In this document: piece after piece, positions 59,627 through 64,000 of the stretch | How positions within the stretch are numbered: the first letter of the stretch is position 1 | Layout: each line of letters opens with the position of its first letter | Translations under genes and position numbers: made by a program | From: Myxococcota bacterium | GTDB taxonomy: Bacteria > Myxococcota > UBA4151 | Direction of reading: 5' to 3' | DNA length: 64,000 nt | Assembly: GCA_036338695.1 (NCBI GenBank) | Contig: JAYZBQ010000048.1 | Span: 128,001 to 192,000 of the forward strand | The notes under the pieces: model-generated | Told to the model about the DNA's origin: nothing | What the model saw: the letters and a program-made list of their open reading frames with translations, nothing else | Databases searched by the model: none

Positions 59627-60940
59627 ATGAGCAAAGCGTGGCGTCAGCGGGCCGAGCGCGAACTCAACCGCTTGCTCAGCAGCGCGGCCGCAGCCGGGCT
59701 CTTCGGGCTCACCAAGGCCGGACTCACGCTGGCAGCGACCTCAGGCCCTCTCAAACCAGGCTCGGTCAATCCGCTCGAGGATGAGCTGCAAGCTGCCCTA
59801 CAGCGGGGGCAGCCCTGGGTCTGTGATGACAGCGCTCGATGGCGTCACCTGCTCGAGCCACAACAGCCGGAGGCGCCCTCGATCTGGTGGCCGCTGCAGG
59901 CGCGCGGCGTCAAGCTAGGCTTCGTCGTCGTCATCGGTACACAACTTGATCGCGACGCGGCGTTCCTTGCGCAGTTGAGCCGGACGGCGGGTCACCTCAC
60001 GCAACTGCTCATCCAGCGCCTCGAACATGGACGTGGTCACGCGCTGAACACACCGTTTACCGAAGCTTCAGGGGCACAGGCTGTCGCCTGGCCGAGCGAT
60101 CCACAGCGCCGCCTGTTGCTCGAGCAAGACGACCCCATGCCGACGGGCGGCGCCGCCGTCCGTGACGCTGACATGATGCTTCGATTAGCCCTCGAGAACC
60201 CGAATGGCTCGGCGGCGCGCTGTCTGAGCCGGCTGGACGATTGGCTGACCACTCCGCTGACCAAGCGGTTCTTGGACACGGCTCTCGAGGTGTTGTTGCC
60301 GGTCATGACGCAGCTGCCCAAAAGCCGGCGCCGGGTGCTCAAGCTCATGATCAACGCAGAAGATCAGCGCCTCCGACACGACGCGCTGCATTGCCTCGAG
60401 CGCTGGCCTGACGTCTCCATGGCACGCGAGGTCTTACCCCTCGCCTTCTCCGCTGAAGCGCAAGTCGCCACTGCGGCGGCGCGCGTGCTTGAGCGCTGCA
60501 AAGAGCACTCGAGCTTTACCGACGAGGTGCTCAAGGAGCTGCGTTCGCTGGTCAGCGACCAGCGAGCAGCGCACGCCCATCGCAGGGCGCTCGATCTCCT
60601 CGTGCGCTTCCGAGACCCTGACGCCGTCCCCTTGTTGATCAACGCGCTGAGCCGACAGAACCTCAAAGAGGCGGCTCAGCGCGGCCTCAGCGAGATTACC
60701 CTGATCCGAAACCGCTGGAGCCAGAACGCTTGGCGCAGCTGGTACGCAAAGCATGCCCACGAGCCCAGGAGCCTGTGGTTGCTCGATGCGCTCGACCACC
60801 GTGAGATCGAGGTCCGCTCTCAGGCGATCGCCGAACTCTATGGTGAAACCGGCGAAAATTTTGGGTTCGACCCCAGCGCATCCACCCGCCAACGACGAGC
60901 GGCGATCACGTTGGCGCGTCAAACGATCGCGCCGAGCTAA
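59627..60940 (+). CDS. HEAT-repeat protein (C-terminus reminiscent of myxobacterial FrgA-type proteins)
   Basis: GGAGG RBS, LRHDALHCL, AVPLLINAL, W..WY..H....WLLDAL...VRSQA..EL...TGENFGFDP. Confidence 0.65.
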   Translation: MSKAWRQRAERELNRLLSSAAAAGLFGLTKAGLTLAATSGPLKPGSVNPLEDELQAALQRGQPWVCDDSARWRHLLEPQQPEAPSIWWPLQARGVKLGFVVVIGTQLDRDAAFLAQLSRTAGHLTQLLIQRLEHGRGHALNTPFTEASGAQAVAWPSDPQRRLLLEQDDPMPTGGAAVRDADMMLRLALENPNGSAARCLSRLDDWLTTPLTKRFLDTALEVLLPVMTQLPKSRRRVLKLMINAEDQRLRHDALHCLERWPDVSMAREVLPLAFSAEAQVATAAARVLERCKEHSSFTDEVLKELRSLVSDQRAAHAHRRALDLLVRFRDPDAVPLLINALSRQNLKEAAQRGLSEITLIRNRWSQNAWRSWYAKHAHEPRSLWLLDALDHREIEVRSQAIAELYGETGENFGFDPSASTRQRRAAITLARQTIAPS

Positions 60941-61485
60941 GCGCGCGGCCAACCCCGAAACAGCGCACCCAGCGCCCGGGAAAAGCTGTCCTCAGTGGGC
61001 ACCGTCGACGCCTCATCGTTCCGGCGGATATGGCTCATCCCGAGCACCAGCGCACGCAGCGTGCGCCAGGCGTGCTCAGCGTCTGCGCCGGTCAGCCCAG
61101 CGTGCTCAAACACACGCTCCGCGCGCGCCTCTGCGCGCGCGCGCCCAGCAGCGACCGCGGCGCTGCCTTGCATCTCAGGTGCCTCTGCCGCAGCGAAGGC
61201 GGCGGGATGATCGAGGGCGAAGCGCCACCAGCGCCGCGCCAGCTGACGCGGCGTGCTGCCTGCCCGCCCGAGCTCTGCGAACACGTCGGCCAGACCCGAC
61301 CACCCCCGCTGGGCCAAGAGCACCTTCACCGCAAAGAGGTCTGGAACGTGCTTATACAATGACGGCGGCTTGACGCGCAGCGCCGCCGCTAGGTCAGCCA
61401 TCCGTAAGCCGTCCAGCCCGCGCGCCGCCACCAATCCCTCGGCGGCGTCAACGATCCGCTCTACCGTCATGGTTCGACGCATCAT
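60937..61485 (-). CDS. TetR-family transcriptional regulator
   Basis: IVDAAEGLVAARGLDGLRMADLAAALRVKPPSLYKHV HTH. Confidence 0.9.
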   Translation of the reverse strand: MMRRTMTVERIVDAAEGLVAARGLDGLRMADLAAALRVKPPSLYKHVPDLFAVKVLLAQRGWSGLADVFAELGRAGSTPRQLARRWWRFALDHPAAFAAAEAPEMQGSAAVAAGRARAEARAERVFEHAGLTGADAEHAWRTLRALVLGMSHIRRNDEASTVPTEDSFSRALGALFRGWPRA

Positions 61486-61499
61486 CCGGCTCCTGCTGG

Positions 61500-61660
61500 G
61501 CTAATTCGAATACGCCCTAGGTATTCGGTAACCTCAAGTAGAACTTTAAGGTTCAACGCTGTCAAAGGCGACAAAACATAATAAGATTATATCCAATATA
61601 AACTATAGATACAGTTATTTATAGGTATTTAGCTAATTAGAATAATCCCACTTGTTCGAA
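61500..61660. promoter_or_regulatory. AT-rich intergenic region with palindromes upstream of tetR
   Basis: CGAATAC-N7-GTATTCG, GAACTTTAAGGTTC, TGTC-N6-GACA, ATAAT-N3-ATTAT. Markedly AT-rich compared with the rest of the window. Confidence 0.45.
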
Positions 61661-61717
61661 ACCCCATAGGAGGAACAGTACAGGGTGCCTTGAAACAAGC
61701 TATGATGCGTAGCTGGC

Positions 61718-61757
61718 AAAAAACAAACAGAGCAGCCCAACGATGAGCTGCTCTGTT
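61718..61757 (-). terminator. Rho-independent terminator of the tRNA transcript
   Basis: Minus strand AACAGAGCAGC-N10-GCTGCTCTGTT then TGTTTTTT, starting 4 nt after the tRNA CCA. Confidence 0.85.
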
Positions 61758-61761
61758 GTGC

Positions 61762-61838
61762 TGGTCGGGGCGAGAGGATTCGAACCTCCGGCCTCTTGCT
61801 CCCGAAGCAAGCGCGCTACCAAACTGCGCTACGCCCCG
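61762..61838 (-). tRNA. tRNA-Pro (CGG)
   Basis: CGGGGCGTAGCGCAGTTTGGTAGCGCGCTTGCTTCGGGAGCAAGAGGCCGGAGGTTCGAATCCTCTCGCCCCGACCA: 77 nt cloverleaf, anticodon CGG, encoded CCA. Confidence 0.97.
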
Positions 61839-61887
61839 ATCAACGAGCGCACCGGTTAGATGCTCGCCTCTTGGCCGTCAATCAGAT

Positions 61888-62565
61888 TCAGGCAGGCGCC
61901 GACCCAAACGCGGTTTTGAGCGCCGAGATGGCCTCCGCATAATCCGGCTGATTAAAGACGGCTGACCCCGCCACGGCGACGTCAATTCCTGCCTCGGTGA
62001 GCGGCCGGATCGTGTCGGGCTTGACCCCTCCATCCACTGAGATCAGAGGGCGGCGTGATGAGTCCATCTGATCGATCATCGCGCGTAAGGCGCGCACCTT
62101 CTCGACGGCGCTCCCAATAAATCGCTGTCCACCGAACCCGGGATTAACGCTCATCAACAAGACCAGGTCGAGCTCCTCTAAGACCCACTCGATGCTCGAT
62201 AGCGGCGTGTGCGGGTTTAAGCTCACGCCCGCCTTCATCCCGGCGGAACGGATCGCTTGTAAGGTGCGATGCAGATGAGGTGAGGCTTCGACATGGACCG
62301 TCAAGAGATCCACGCCGGCGGCTGCAAAGTCCTCGATGTACCGCTCAGGCTCAACGATCATCAGGTGGGCATCAAGCGGTTTGGTCGCCACCTTTTTGAT
62401 CGCAGCGACCACGGGCGCACCAAAAGTGATGTTGGGCACGAACCGCCCGTCCATCACGTCGAGATGAAGCCAATCGGCCCCCGCCCTCTCGACCGCCTCC
62501 ACCTCCTCAGCGAGGCGGGCGAAGTCGCAGGCGAGCAGCGAAGGTGCGATGATACCAGACGTCAT
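61888..62565 (-). CDS. rpe: Ribulose-phosphate 3-epimerase
   Basis: [40 protein letters not shown]. Confidence 0.97.
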   Translation of the reverse strand: MTSGIIAPSLLACDFARLAEEVEAVERAGADWLHLDVMDGRFVPNITFGAPVVAAIKKVATKPLDAHLMIVEPERYIEDFAAAGVDLLTVHVEASPHLHRTLQAIRSAGMKAGVSLNPHTPLSSIEWVLEELDLVLLMSVNPGFGGQRFIGSAVEKVRALRAMIDQMDSSRRPLISVDGGVKPDTIRPLTEAGIDVAVAGSAVFNQPDYAEAISALKTAFGSAPA

Positions 62566-63842
62566 GAGAACCTCTCCAACACGGCGACGTAGAACCCATC
62601 GCCCTCTCCGTTTAGACCAAAGCAGCCCTGACCCGTAGGAAGACTCGGACGCTCAACCAAGCGGACGTCCGCCTCAGCCAGCGCCTGCGCGATCACCTCT
62701 TCGCCCTCTTCGGGCTCAAGACTGCAGACCGAATACACCAAGCTTCCGCCCGGCTGCAGAACGTCGAGCGCGGCTTGAAGCAGGCGTCTTTGGGTCTTCG
62801 AGTGGGCACGCAATTCCTTGAGCCGGCGACGCTGCCCGATCTCGGGGTGCCGGCGCAATGTCCCGAGCCCGGTGCAGGGCGCGTCCAAGACGATGCGATC
62901 AAAAGGGCCGTGTTCGCCGCAAAGCGCCGCCGCATCGCCGACGATCACCTCCGCGCGAAGCTGGCAACGCTCGAGCGCCTGAGACACCAGCTCAGCTCGG
63001 TGCTCATGCAGCTCAAAAGCGAGGACCTGAGCGCTTGGGTGCAAGAGCGCCAGCTGCGTGGTTTTGCCCCCGGGCGCAGCGCACAGATCAGCGACGCGCC
63101 GCCCACCGGGTGGTAACAAAGGGACGATGCGTGCCGCGTTTCGGTCCTGTACGGTCCAGTCACCCGAGGCGAAACCCGCCAGAGCGCTCGGATCGCCCGG
63201 CGGCAGGCGCATACGATCGGGCGCGCCCGGGATCGGCTCAGCACCGAGTCGCTCACACCACGCCGCGAGGTCGCCTCGATCAAGTCGAGCATCCACAACC
63301 GCTGGCTCAGCGAGCCGGCGCTGCAGCGCGATCGCTCGGTCTGAGCCGAGACGCTTGACCCAGCGCGCAAACAAAGCCTCAGGGGCAGGTCCAAGCAGCG
63401 CGCCGCCCGCGTGATCTTCCACGGCAGCGAGCCACTCGCTCTTCTCGCGCACCACCCGCCGGAGCAGCCCGTTGACGAGGCCGCTGTACCGATGGTGTCC
63501 AGCCTTCTTTGCGGCGCGGACCGCCAGATCCACTGCGGCGTGATCAGGGACCCGGTCTAGGAACAGGATCTGAGCAAGAGCGAGATGCAAAATGCGCTCA
63601 AGCCCAGCCTTGACGCCCCCTTTGCGCGTGCAGCGCGCCACGACAAACCGGAGCGCAGGGCGGCGCCTCAAGACGGTCTGACACAGGTTCATCACCAAGG
63701 CTTTGTCGGGGCCTTCGAGACGTGCGCGTGTCACCTCGTGCCCAAACACCCGGCTCAACCAGGTGCCCTCCTCATCAATGCGCTCGATCAAGCGCAAAGC
63801 GAGCAGTCGAGCGGCGAGCCCGGGTGTCGGTTGAGCCGCCAT
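62562..63842 (-). CDS. rsmB: 16S rRNA m5C967 methyltransferase (Sun/RsmB)
   Basis: NusB-like N-terminus (VPDHAAV, LVNGLLR), DLCAAPGGKT, LDAPCTGLG, YSVCS. Confidence 0.9.
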   Translation of the reverse strand: MAAQPTPGLAARLLALRLIERIDEEGTWLSRVFGHEVTRARLEGPDKALVMNLCQTVLRRRPALRFVVARCTRKGGVKAGLERILHLALAQILFLDRVPDHAAVDLAVRAAKKAGHHRYSGLVNGLLRRVVREKSEWLAAVEDHAGGALLGPAPEALFARWVKRLGSDRAIALQRRLAEPAVVDARLDRGDLAAWCERLGAEPIPGAPDRMRLPPGDPSALAGFASGDWTVQDRNAARIVPLLPPGGRRVADLCAAPGGKTTQLALLHPSAQVLAFELHEHRAELVSQALERCQLRAEVIVGDAAALCGEHGPFDRIVLDAPCTGLGTLRRHPEIGQRRRLKELRAHSKTQRRLLQAALDVLQPGGSLVYSVCSLEPEEGEEVIAQALAEADVRLVERPSLPTGQGCFGLNGEGDGFYVAVLERFS

Positions 63843-63904
63843 CGACCCCTCCTTCTCTTCGGCTAGGTGCCGATGGCGGCTGCATCCGTCAACGCCTCTC
63901 GGTG

Positions 63905-64000
63905 TTACGGACGCCTCACCCTGAGGTCGGTGACCCCATCGACGCGCACATAGGGGAGCATTTTGAGCAAGGTGCGACGTCCAATCCCGCGCACTCGGCG
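63905..64000 (-). CDS. ComEA-like helix-hairpin-helix DNA-binding protein (C-terminal fragment)
   Basis: Manual translation RRVRGIGRRTLLKMLPYVRVDGVTDLRVRRP* contains the second HhH motif typical of ComEA. Confidence 0.65.
   Translation of the reverse strand, partial: RRVRGIGRRTLLKMLPYVRVDGVTDLRVRRP

Noticed and set aside
61571..61597. dif-like site (CATAA-taaga-TTATA; reverse strand TTATGTTTTGT)
   Set aside because: The central spacer is 5 bp rather than 6, and the outer XerD-arm bases do not match.
60937..61838. Genomic island integrated at tRNA-Pro
   Set aside because: No integrase and no duplicated tRNA 3' end was found in the window. Flanking genes have host-like composition.

Overview
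GC-rich, very gene-dense chromosomal segment, most likely from a Myxococcota (myxobacteria-related) bacterium. That assignment rests on MYXO-CTERM-like tails, a pilB-pilT-pilC-pilS-pilR block, a DUF4388 regulator and a FrzS/AglZ-like coiled-coil protein. No mobile element, prophage or CRISPR array is visible. Housekeeping content: lolA, aroE, ribF, sspB, yacG, dnaB, radC, ssb, dacB, a peptide ABC transporter with nagZ, a MoxR/DUF58/BatA operon, an ECF sigma/anti-sigma pair, htpX, rpe, rsmB, tRNA-Pro(CGG) and a partial comEA. Most notable observations: (1) a low-complexity lipoprotein-like peptide with about 16 D-x-G motifs, including an R-D-x-G heptad array, translationally coupled to a JmjC 2OG/Fe(II) oxygenase, which is a candidate RiPP-like modification system; (2) an unannotated ~125-nt multi-stem RNA with its own + strand terminator, located where pilA would normally follow pilR; (3) an RNase Y homologue lacking the KH GxxG loop, coupled to a 1371-aa pseudo-receiver coiled-coil protein; (4) a HAD-fold lipoprotein that has lost its catalytic motifs, a Cys-rich insert in an ABC solute-binding protein, a lidless Hsp70/J-protein module, and an SSB with a prion-like repeat tail. 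All family calls come from recognising motifs by eye, not from database searches.
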